Assembly (NCBI GenBank): GCA_028869495.1
Contig: JAGWRY010000285.1
Span: 1-46,354 of the forward strand
DNA length: 46,354 nucleotides
DNA from: Elusimicrobiota bacterium
GTDB taxonomy: Bacteria > Elusimicrobiota > Elusimicrobia > UBA1565 > UBA9628
Direction: 5' to 3'
The notes below the pieces were generated by a model. It searched no databases, had not been told where the DNA came from, and saw only the letters and a list, made by a program, of their open reading frames with translations. Positions 17,901 to 29,900 of this stretch are shown in pieces (position 1 is the first letter of the stretch; every line of letters starts with the position of its first letter). Made by a program: the position numbers and the translations under genes.

Positions 17901-20900
17901 CGTCGAGGCCGCCCACGGCACCGACGACATCACCTTCAGCCTGCAGACTCCGCCCGCGTCGGTGACGCTGACCCAGCCGCCGGGGCCGGACGGCCAGCAG
18001 TACGGCCCGAACAGCGCGGTGCCCGTCACCGCGATCACCGGGACGGCGCTGAACGCCCGGCCCGTCGACGGCATCCAGCTGGTCCTCCAGCGGCTGACGT
18101 CCCCGACCAGCTACTGGTACGACCCGACGGCCTCCTGGACCAACGTCTCGACGACCTACACGCCGGTCAACGTCTCGGGCGGCAACTGGAGCCAGTCGCT
18201 GAACTCGCCGTATGTCGTCGACAACGCGTCCTACAGCCTGACGGTGACGCCGTACAACACCGCGGACATCGCGGGCACGCCCGTCACGCGCGTCTACTAC
18301 TTCGACAAGACGGTCCCGCTGGCCGCGATCACCGGCCCGGCGGCGGCGCCCTGCGCCGGCGCCGACGCCTGCTTGAAGAGCCTGTCGACGATCGCCGGCA
18401 CGGCGACGGATCCGGGCAGCGTCGCGCCGACCTCGATCCTCTACTCCGGCCTTAAGTACCGCCTGAAGGACAACGTCAGCGGCCAGTACTGGAACGGGAC
18501 GGCCTTCCAGGCGGCCGCGGCGGACCTGACGACCGATCCCGGGGCCTTCAACCAGGTCGGCGCGACCTACAACTGGAGCACGTCGACGCTCGCGGGCGCG
18601 TCCCTCCAGGACGGCGCCGACTACACGATCCTCGCGCACGCGGCCGACGAGGCGGGCAACGACCAGCTCGCCGAGGCGTCGATGGCGAAGTTCACGTTCG
18701 TCTACGACACGACGCCGCCGACCGGCTTCATGGTCCAGCCGAGCTCGGGCGAGGTCTACCTGAACCTGAGCACGATCTCGGGCACCTCGTCGGACCCGGG
18801 CGGGACCTACGCGAACAACAAGAAGTCGGACGTGAAGACCGTCTTCCTGCAGATCTACGACCCGAAGAACGACATCTGCTGGAACGAGTCCTCGTCGCAG
18901 TTCAACGCCCCTTGCCCGCACTTCTTCGACACCGCCTCCTCGGCGCCGTGGACGTACTCGAACGCGGCGCTGACGCCCCTGCTCGCCTCCGGCCGGGCCT
19001 ACACGATCACGGCCGAGGCCGTCGACAACGCGGGCAACGTCCAGTCCGTCTTCGGCGTGCCGACGTCGAGCCGCACGCTCTACGTCGACAAGAACCCGCC
19101 GCTCGCGGCCTTCGCTCAGCCCGTCGACGGCGCCGCCTACCAGTCGGGCGCGCTCAACGGCGGCTCGGCCTTGAGCGGCACCGCGGCCGACCCCGAGGCC
19201 GCGCTCTATCCGGGCAACGACGCCCTGCAGGACGACCAGGCCGTGATCTGGTACCTGAGCGGCGGCACCAGCTATTACTACACCGGCGTCGTCGGCTCCA
19301 ACGGCACGAAGTTCTCGTCGAACACGGTCGAATCCGCGTCCTGGCAGTCGCTGATCGGCACCGACACATGGAAGATGATCTTCAGCGGCGCGGACTGGGC
19401 GCCGGCGGTCTCCGGCACGGACACGCGGTACTACGCGAAGGTCCGCGCGACCGACAACGCGCGCGACGTCTCCGGCGCGATCGTCGGCAACACCGGCTCG
19501 ACCTTCTCGCCGGGGACCAGCCTGGTCAGCTTCATCGTCGACGACACGCCGCCGCAGTCGGCGGTGACGACGCCGGCGCCCGGCTCCTTCATCCAGAGCC
19601 TGGGCGCGATCTCGGGCACGTCGAATTCGGACCTGTCCGGCGCCGCCACCTACTACTTCCGCGTCTGGTACGTCGTCGCGGGCAGCAGCTACTACTGGAC
19701 CGGCTCGGGCTGGGGCCCGGCCAACGTGCAGACCCAGCTGCCGATCCAGGTGACGGGATCCACCGGCACCGTGGACTGGACCTACCCGGGGACTTTGCCC
19801 GGGCAGAGCGCGCCGACGATCACCCAGCCCGACAACACGACCTACGGCCTCGCGATCCAGGCCCAGGACAAGGCCGGCAACCTGGAGACTCCGACGACCG
19901 CGCAGGTCGTCCTCGACCGCGTCGGCCCGAGCATCGGCATCTCGACGCCGATGGCCGCGGCGCCGGACTACGGCGCCGCGCGGCCGCTGGCGACGCTCTC
20001 GGGCACGACCTTCGACCAGCCGGCCGGCACGCAGAAGGTCGAGCTGAACATCTCCGAGGTCTCCGACAGCACGATCCTGTACTGGGACGGCTCGGTCTGG
20101 AACACGAGCGGTCCGAACTGGGTCGTCGCGACGGGCACGAACCCGTGGACCTATCCCGCGCCGACCTGGATCGGCAACAAGCAGTACCACGTGCAGGCGC
20201 GCGCGACCGACAACGCCGGCAACCTCTCGCCGAGCGAGCCGATCATCGCCTTCGTCTACGACGTCAACGTCCCGTCGACGACGATCGCGGTTCCGAACAC
20301 GCCGTACTATCCGCTCAGCTGGCAGGGCACCGCGCTCTCCGGCACGGCGGTGGACTGGCTGAACAACCCGACCGTCGAGGCCAAGTCGGGCCTGGCCGCC
20401 GTGCAGATCGCGATCACCGATCCCAGCGGCAACTACTGGAACGGCGCGGCCTTCCAGCCGGCGCCGGTCTGGCGCTACGCGTCCACGACGACGGCCGACC
20501 CGTCGTCCTGGCAGTACCCGCCGTCGAACCCGGCCGGCGACGTCCTGCCGACCTGGCAGGACGCGCAGAACTACACGGTGCGCTCGCGCGCGATCGACCA
20601 GACCGGCAATATCGAGTCGCCCGGGCAGAGCTACACGTTCACGTTCGACGCGCAGGCTCCGACGACGACGATCACCGATCCGATCTCCGGACAGTACGCG
20701 ACCTTCTTCGCCTTGTCGTCCGGCACCTACGCGGCCGAGGCGGGGGGGTTGTCCCAGTTGCTGATCGCGGTCCAGGACAAGCTCGGCAACTGGTGGAACG
20801 GCAGCGCCTGGGGCGCGTTCAACAGCGCGACCTGCTGGCTTCCCGGGACGATCTACGCGTCGAGCTGGACCTATACCGACGCGGCGCTCAAGACCTTCAT

Positions 20901-23900
20901 CAACGACCCGGTCACGAACACGGTGCCGAAGTCCTACACCTTCTACGCGCGCGGCATCGACACGGCCGGCAACGACAATCGCGGGCCCGCCCAGCCGTCC
21001 TCGGGCGGCAGCACGCTCTTCGTCGACTTCTTCCCGCCGACGGCCGGCTTCAGCCACCCGGCGAACGGCGCGACGCTGGCCGGCAACGTCGTCCCGATCA
21101 CCGGGACCGCCAGCGACCAGGCTCTCGACACGCCGACCGGCGTCGGCATCCAAGGCGTCCAGCTGAAGGTCATCCAGATCGACTCGCTCAACAACCATAA
21201 CTATTGGAACGGCTCGGCCTGGGTGGGCGGCGACCAAGGCTTCAACATCGGCACGACTTTGACCGGCGGCGCGCAGACGGTGATGACGTTCAACAACCTG
21301 GGCACCGCGATCGGCGAGGCGGCCTTCGCGGACGGCTACCGCTACCAAGTGGTCGCGCAGGCGCACGATCTGCTCAACCAGTTCGACCAGACCTACGCGA
21401 CGACGACCTTCCTGGTGGACCTCTCGACGCCGTCGGTCGCCCTCGTGATCCCGAAGGTCTCCTACATCAGCACGAACACCTTCACGTTCTCCTCGGGCAC
21501 CTTCCTGGATCCCGTCGTCGGCGGCAATCTCCCGTCGGGCGTCTCGAAGGTCTACGTGCAGGTCCAGGACCTCTCTCAGCCGCCGCACACCGTCTACCCG
21601 GCGACGTACTGGGACGAGACCAGCGGCTGGATCACCGACGGCACGGGCAAGGACGTCAGCACGGCGACCGTCTACCAGAGCACCTGGAGCTTCGCCTCCC
21701 TGCCGCCCGACTGGACGCGCGCGGACGCCGCGGGCGCCGACGGACGCGTCTACGCCCTGCGCGTCTACGCGCAGGACGCCGCCGGCAACACCGGCACGGT
21801 CAACCCGGACGTGACCGTCGCCTCGACGACGCTGGTCTTCGACGGCACGCCGCCGAGTTCGCAGGTGACGAGCCCAGCCAACGGCACCAGCTCGCAGAGC
21901 CTGGCCACGATCACCGGCACGGCGGCCGACGTGCTGGTCAACTCGTCCTCGTCCGACGTCAAGAGCGTCTTCGTCAGCGTGCAGGACAACCAGCCCGGCG
22001 ACCCCTACTACGCCCACTACTGGGACGCCTCGCTGGGAGCCTGGAGCGCGGGCACGACCGTCGTCTGGAACCCGGCGTCGTACGTCCCGGCGACCGGCGT
22101 CTGGAGCATCGGCTTCCCGGGCATCGACGCGAATCTCGTCAACCTGTCGCACTACGTGATCCAGTCGAGCGCGACGGACAACGCGGGCAACGCGCAGTAC
22201 CCGACGCCGGGCTACGCGCAGGTGCAGTTCGTGCCGCCGCCGTCGGTCGTCACGGTCGGCACGCCGCAGAGCCTGCAGTTCTACAACAACCTCGTCGGCT
22301 TCGGCGGTACGGCCAACGGCGTGACGACGCAGGTCAACCTCCAGCTCTCGCGCGCGGACACCGGCCAGTGCTGGAGCGGCAGCGTTTCGATCGGCTGGGT
22401 CGCCTGCACGAACGTCTCGACCGCGACGCAGGTCGTCTACCCGGCGGGCGGCAATTGGAGCTACCCGCAGGGCGGCACGGTCCTGCCGGACTGGGGGACG
22501 ATCAACAACTCGTCGCCGACCGTCACGGTCTGGGGCACGAACTACGCGGGCATCAACGGCACCCAGGTCCCCGTCCAGTTCTTCATCGACCGCTCGTCGC
22601 CGACCTCGTCGGTCTCCTACCCGGTGGCCGGGACCTTCGTCTCCGCGCCGCCGACGCTGACCGGCGCGTCGAACGACCCGTATTACGGCACGACCGGCGC
22701 GGGCGTCAAGACCGTCAGCGTCCACCTGAAGCGCCTCGACCTCAACTACTACTGGGACGTCGTCACCAGCACCTGGGTCGCGGCCGCCGTGGCCAGCACC
22801 GCGACGTACGACTCGGTGGCGAAGACCTGGAGTTTCGCGTCGAGCACCCCGACGCTGACCTGGATGAACGGCCTGACCTACAGCCTCGACGTCTTCGGCG
22901 AGGACAAGGCCCAGGGCGGGACCTCCGGCAACGTCGAGACCCCGGCCGCGCCGATCACCTTCGGCTACGACGACAGCCGCCCGACGATCTACGTCTCGAC
23001 GCCGCCGGCCGCGCCCCTGCGCCAGGGCCAGGCGACGCTCGCCGTCTGGACCGGCACCGCGGCGGTCACCGCGCCGGACTACCTGAGCAAGGTCCAGGTC
23101 CGCGTCTACCAGAACGGCTCGCCGAACCTCTACGCGAATCCGACCGGCGCGCTGGCCTTCAACCTGCCCGACAGCATTCCGGGCAACTCCGATCTCGCCT
23201 GGTTCGGCGCGACGACCTCGAACGGCTGGCTGAACTGGTCGGTCTCGAGCGGCGTCCCCTGGGTCGAGGGCAGCACGTACACGATCGTCGCGCGCTCGGT
23301 CAACGCCGCCGGCACCGTCTCGGTCCCGTACTCGAGCACGACGATCGTCTATGACGACCTGCCGCCGCAGTCGACCGTCGCCTCGCCGGCCAACGGCGCG
23401 TATGCGGCGGCGCCCCTGCCGACCCTCAGCGGCGCGACGTCCGATCAGCCGTCGGTCAATCCCGGGACCGTCATCGAGGCCGACGTCCGCCTGCGGCGCC
23501 TGTCGGACGGCCAGTACTGGAACGGCTTCAACGGCTGGACCTCGACCCCGTACGACATGGGCCTGGCCTTCGTCAGCGTCTACCCGTCGTCCTGGGCGGT
23601 CACGACCGGCGAGATGGCGACGATCCGCTCCTACCTGACCTCGGGGACCTCGTACTACGCGACGGTCTCGGCTCTCGACGACGCGGCCGGCGGGGGCAAC
23701 CGCGAGGCGTGGGGCTCGCCGCAGAGCTCGACCTTCACGTACGACGCGACCGCGCCGCTGACGTCGGTTTCCGCGCCGCTCGACGGCTCCTTCGTCAACG
23801 CCTTGTCGGCGGTCGGCGGGACGGGCTTCGACAACGTTCTGGTCTCGACGGTCCAGATCAGCCTTCAGGACGCGACGACCGGCAAGTGCTACGAGACGCT

Positions 23901-26900
23901 CGGCGCGGCCTTCGACGGGGCCTGCCCGGGCTGGTTCGCGGCCGCCGGTTCGACGGCTTCCTGGAGCTACGCGATCCCGGGCTCGCCGTGGACGCAGGCC
24001 GATCAGTACGTGCTCTCCTCGAGCGCGACGGACCAGGCGGGCAACCTGCAGACGGCGGTCAGCTCGGCGGCGTTCACCTACGACGTGGCGGCGCCGACCG
24101 CGGCGGTCACGACCCCGGCGGCGGGCTTCTTGAACGTCACCCAGTCGTCGGTCACCGGAACGGAGATCGATTCGCCCGCGGGGATCCTGAGCGTCCAGCT
24201 CGCGCTCTCCTCGGCCGCCGGCGCCGGCGGCTGGTACAACGGGACGGACTTCTCGGGAGCGTCGGCGGTCCGCTTCGACACGAGCAGCTACGTCCTCACG
24301 ACGCCGAACAAGTGGAGCTGGAACCTGCCCGCGAACACGACGGACGGCCAGAACTACCTGCTGCGCGTCTATTCGACGGACAAAGCCGGGAACTCGCGCT
24401 CCCAGGACTTCACGTTCCTGTACGACGCGACGCCGCCGGTCGCCTCGATCACGTTCCCGACCAACGGCGGGGCGCTGAGCGGCTCGGTCGTGACGATCAG
24501 CGGCGGCTCGAGCGACCCGGCCGGTCCCGGCGGCGGGGCGAGTTCGGTCTCGACGGTCACGGTCTCGATCCAGAGCCTGACCAGCGGCCAGTGCTACGTC
24601 GCGGGCGGCGGCTTCACGTCGCCGTGCCCGAACGACATCCCGGCCGCGGGCATCCCGGGCTCCTGGTCGTACACGCCGACGCCGAACCCGTTCGCGAGCG
24701 GCAGCTACTACGCGGTGACCGCGCGCGCGACGGACAACGCGGGCAACGTGCAGAGCGTCTTCGCGGTCGGGACCAGTTCGGTGACGTTCAACTACGACAC
24801 GGCGATCCCGACGGTGGCGATCTCCTCGCCCGCGGCGGGGGCCGGCGACCGCGAGAACGCGGCCTCGCTGGCGCAGTTCATCGGCTCGGCCGACGAGACG
24901 GTCCCGTCGAACCTGGCCGAGGTCGATCTGCGCGTGCGCAAGGGCGGCTCCGTCTACGCGGATCCCGCGAACAGCCTGAACTTCACCCAGCTCAACGGCG
25001 ATCTGGCCTGGTTCGTCGCCAACACGACGACGACGCCGGCCTGGACCGGCTGGTCGGTGAGCAGCGGGACGCTGATGAGCTTCACCGCCGGCACCCAGTA
25101 CGACGTGATCGCGCGCGCGCGCAACAAGGCGGGCACGTACTCGACGACGTACGCGACGAACACGTTCGTCTACGACGACCAGGCGCCGCAGACGGGCGTC
25201 AGCGCCCCGGGCAACGCCTCCTACGTGAACTCTCTGTCCGCGCTCAACGGCACCGCGGTCGACCAGCCGACGGGCACCGGCGGCGTCGTGACGGCGGTGA
25301 ACGTGCGCTTCAAGCGCCTGTCGGACGGCTACTACTGGACCGGCATCCCCGGCTCTTGGAGCTCGACGCAGCTGACGCTCGACGCCCTGCGCGGCGTGCA
25401 GGTCTTCACGTCGACGTGGAGCCTGGCCGCGGGCAACATGCCCCAGCCGACGGACTTGACCTCGGGCGACTCGTACTACGTGACGACGTCGGGCATCGAC
25501 GACGTGCAGGGCGGCGGCAACGTCGAGGCCTGGGACTCGCCGCGCGGCTCGACCTTCACCTACGACGTGACCGCGCCGCGGACCTCGATCGTCGCGCCGG
25601 CCGGCGCGTATCTGAACACGCTCCCGTCGCTCGCCGGCTCCGGCTTCGACAACGTCCTGCTCTCGACCGTCGCGCTGAACCTGGAGGACGCGACCGCCGG
25701 GCAGTGCTACAACCCGGCGGTGAACTCCTTCAACCTCGCCTGCCCGGCCTGGTTCGCGGCGTCGGGTTCGACGGCGTCGTGGAGCTTCGCCTTCCCGACC
25801 CAGCCGTGGACCCAGGCGCACCAGTACGTGCTCTCCTCGAGCGCGACGGACGCCGCGAACAACCTCCAGACGGCGGTCAGCTCGGCGGCGTTCACCTACG
25901 ACGTGCTGGCGCCGACGGCCGCGGTGACGACCCCGGCGTCCGGCTTCCTGAACGCGACCCAGGCGAACCTCGCGGGCACGGCGACGGATTCGCCGGCGGG
26001 CGTCGGCAGCCTGCGGGTCGCGCTGTCGTCGGCGGCGGGCGCGGGCGGCTGGTTCGACGGGACGTCCTTCGCGTCGGCGTCGCCGGTGCCCTACTCGACG
26101 AACTCGTACACGTACGGCGCGCCCGACGTCTGGGGCGCCTCCGCGCAGCAGGCGTCGCTGACCGACGGCCAGAACTACCTGCTGCGCGTCTTCTCGACGG
26201 ACCGCGCCGGCAACCAGCGCTCCCAGGACTTCACGTTCCTGTACGACGCGACGCCGCCGGTCGCCTCGATCGCGTTCCCGACCAACGGCGGGGCGCTGAG
26301 CGGCTCGGTCGTCACGATCAGCGGCGGCTCCAACGACCCGGTCGGGCCCGGCGGCGGGGCGAGCGCGGTCTCGACGGTCACGGTCTCGATCCAGAGCCTG
26401 ACCAACGGCCAGTGCTACGTCGACGGCGGCGGCTTCACCTCGCCGTGCCCGAACTACATCCCGGCCGGCGGCATCCCGAGCTCCTGGTCGTACACGCCGA
26501 CCCCGAACCCGTTCGCGAGCGGCAGCTACTACGTCGTGACCGCGCGCGGCGAGGACAACGCGGGCAACGTGCAGAGCGTCTTCGTCGTCGGGACCAGCTC
26601 GGCGACGTTCAACTACGACACGGCGGTCCCGACGGTCGCGATCTCCTCCCCGGCCGCGGTCGCGGGCGACCGCGAGAACGCGGCTTCGCTGGCGCAGTTC
26701 ATCGGCTCGGCCAACGAGACGGTGCCGTCGAACCTGGCCGAGGTCGACCTGCGCGTGCTCAAAGTCTCCGGCAACGTCTACGCGGACCCGGCCAACAGCC
26801 TGAACTTCACCCAGCTCAACGGCGATCTGGCCTGGTTCGTCGCGAACACGACGACGACCCCGGCCTGGACCGGCTGGTCGGTCACCAGCGGGACGCTGAT

Positions 26901-29900
26901 GAGCTTCCAGGCGGGCTACCAGTACGACGTGATCGCGCGCGCGCGCAACAAGGCGGGCACCTACTCGACGACGTACGCGACGAACACCTTCATCTACGAC
27001 GATCAGCCGCCGCAGACGGGCGTCAGCGTCCCGTCGAACGCGTCCTACGTGAACTCCCTGCCCGCGCTGACCGGCACGGCCGTCGACTATCCGACGGGCA
27101 CCGGAGGCGTCGTCACGGCGGTCGACGTGCGCTTCAAGCGCCTGTCGGACGGCTACTACTGGACCGGCATTCCGGGCTCGTGGAGCTCGACCCTGCTGAC
27201 GCTCGACGCCCTGCGCGGCGTGCAGGTCTTCCCGTCGACTTGGAGCCTGAACTCGGGCAATATGCCCCAGCCGACGGACCTGACCTCCGGCGACTCGTAC
27301 TACGTGACGACGTCGGGCATCGACGACACGCAGGGCGGCGGCAACGTCGAGGCCTGGGGCTCGCCGCGCGGCTCGACCTTCACCTACGACGTGACGGCGC
27401 CGCTGACCGCCGTCGCCGCGCCGGCCGACGGCTCGTTCAAGAACAGCGTCCCGTCGGTCGGCGGATCCGGCTCCGACAACGTCCTGCTTTCGACCGTCGC
27501 GCTGAGCCTGCAGGACGCGACGGCCGGGCAGTGCTACAACCCCGCCGTGAACTCCTTCAACAAGGCCTGCCCGTACTGGTTCGCGGCCCAAGGCTCGACG
27601 GCCTCATGGAACTACACGTTCTTCCCGAGCCAGCCTTGGACGCAGGCGCACCAGTACGTGCTGTCCTCGAGCGGGACGGACGCCGCCGGCAACTTCCAGA
27701 CGGCGGTCGCCTCGGGGGCGTTCACCTACGACGTGCTGGCGCCGACGGCCGCGGTGACGACCCCGGCGGCCGGCTTCCTGAACGCGAGCAACGCCGACCT
27801 CGCGGGCACCGCGGTCGACTCTCCGGCCGGGGTCGGCGGCCTGCAGGTCGCGCTCTCGTCGGCGGCCGGCACGGGCGGCTGGTGGAACGGGACCGACTTC
27901 TCGGGCGCCTCGGCGGTGCCCTACTCGACGAACTCGTACACGTACGGAGCGCCGGACACCTGGGGCGCCTCCGCGCACCTCGCGTCCTTGACCGACGGGC
28001 AAAACTACCTGCTGCGCGTGTTCGCGACGGACCGCGCCGGCAACCAGCGCGCGCAGGATTTCACGTTCCTGTACGACGCGACGCCGCCGGTCGCCTCGAT
28101 CACGTTCCCGGCCGACGGCGGCCTCGCGAAGGGCGCGGTGACGATCACCGGCGGCTCCAGCGACCCGGCGGGCCCGGGCGGCGGCTTCAGCGGCGCGTCG
28201 ACGATCGCGGTCTCGATCGAGAGCGTCTCCAACGGCCTGTGCTACGTTTTCGGCGGCGGCTTCTCGGCGCCCTGCCCGAACTTCATCCCGGCCGGCGGCG
28301 TGCCCAGCAACTGGTCGTTCGCGCCGTCGCCGAACCCGTTCACCAACGGCGCGTCCTACATCGCGCTGGCGCAGGCGACCGACAACGCGGGCAACGTGCA
28401 GTCCGTCTTCGCCGCCGGGATCAGCTCGGCGACCTTCACGTACGACAACACGGTCCCGACGGTGCAGATCCAGATCCCGGCCACCGCGCGCGAGAGGAGC
28501 CTGGCCTTCCTGGCCGGCACGGCCGCCGACGTGATCCCGACCGGACTCCAGAACGTCCAACTGCGCATCCGCGACGCGTCGGGCCTGAGCCGCTACTACG
28601 ATCCCGGCAACGGCTCCTTCGACCTGAACCCGGCGACGCAGGGGGACCTGGCCTGGTTCGTCGCGAACACGACCTCGACGCCGGCCTGGACCTGGTGGTC
28701 GGTGTCGAGCGGCGCGATCGTCTACAACTCCGGCGACGTCTACGAGGTCGACGCGCGCGCGCTCAACAAGGCCGCCACCTACTCGACGACCTACTCGACC
28801 TGGACCGGCAGCTACGACGTGGACTTCCCGACGACGAGCGTCTCCCTGCCGGTCGCCTTCAGCACGATCTCGGCCCTGCCGACGCTGAGCGGCGCGCTGG
28901 GCGACCTGCCGTCGAACAACCCCGGGACCGTGTCGAACGTGCGCGTGCGCCTGATCCGCCTCTCCGACGGGAAGTACTGGACCGGCGGGGCCTGGTCGGC
29001 GGTGCCCTCCGTCCTGGACAACACCTCGGGCGTGTCGGTCTTCGCGTCGAGCTGGACGCTGTCCTCGAACCTGCCGCTCAACAACGACACGCTGGGCGGC
29101 CTGCAGAACGGCGACTCGTACTACGTGACGACCTCGGGTCTCGACGATTCGAACCCGGGCGGCAACGCCGAGCCCTACGACACGCCCGTCTACGCGTCGA
29201 CGTTCACGGTCGACCTCGTCGGCCCGACCGCGGCGATCACCGGCCCGAACAACGGCGCGGTCCTGTCGAGCCTCGCCCAGATCAACGGCACGGCCGCGGA
29301 CGCGCTGGCCGGCATCTCCAACGCGAGCCAGGTCCAGGTCGCGATCGGCGAGGTCAGCCCCGGCAACGGCTGCTGGAACGGCCAAGTGACGGGCGGCACG
29401 TTCACCGCGACCGGCTGCCCGATCTTCTACCCGATCACGAACCCGGGCCTGGGCGGCACCTTCGCCGGCGGCGTCTGGAGCATGAACGCGCCGCCGCTGA
29501 CCACCCAGTACACGTACCGCGTCTGGGTGCGCGGCCAGGACAACGCGACGCCGGTCGGCAACTACACGGCGGCGGTCAACGTCTCGTCGATCACGTTCAC
29601 GTACAACACGAACCTGCCGACGATCGCGATCGCATCCCCGGCCAACGGCGCGGCGCTGAACGCGCCCTTCAGCGTCTCCGGGAGCGCGTCGGACAACTTC
29701 GGCGTCGCCTACGCCTCCGTCGCCTACCAGGAGGCGGACACGAACCTGTACTGGGACCCCGCCTCCTCGACCTTCTCGTCGGTGACGCCGAAGTTCATCG
29801 GCGCGGCGCTCGCGGGCTCGGCGCCGAACTACACGTTCACCGAGGCCGCGCCGACGCCCGCGGCGTCGACCGGCCGCCACTACAACGTCTACCCGTACGT

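Noticed and set aside
15454-27591. 4,045-aa ORF on the minus strand. Similar antisense ORFs lie at 27604-34845, 35278-46302, 693-3233, 3025-4023, 4972-6000 and 12469-15129.
   Set aside because: These are shadow ORFs. This one is in codon register with the sense frame of the giant gene ((27589-8668) is divisible by 3). It therefore stays open simply because the sense codons TCA, TTA and CTA are almost never used. The translation is Arg/Gly/Ala/Asp/Pro/Val-rich with no recognisable motifs. The sense frame, by contrast, has clear domain structure and G/C-rich third positions.
23350-28812. Whether the periodic repeats could be a CRISPR array or a mobile-element/IS tandem.
   Set aside because: The period is about 1.82 kb, and all copies are in frame within one ORF, encoding recognisable Ig-like modules. 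There is no short repeat/spacer organisation, no transposase and no terminal inverted repeats.
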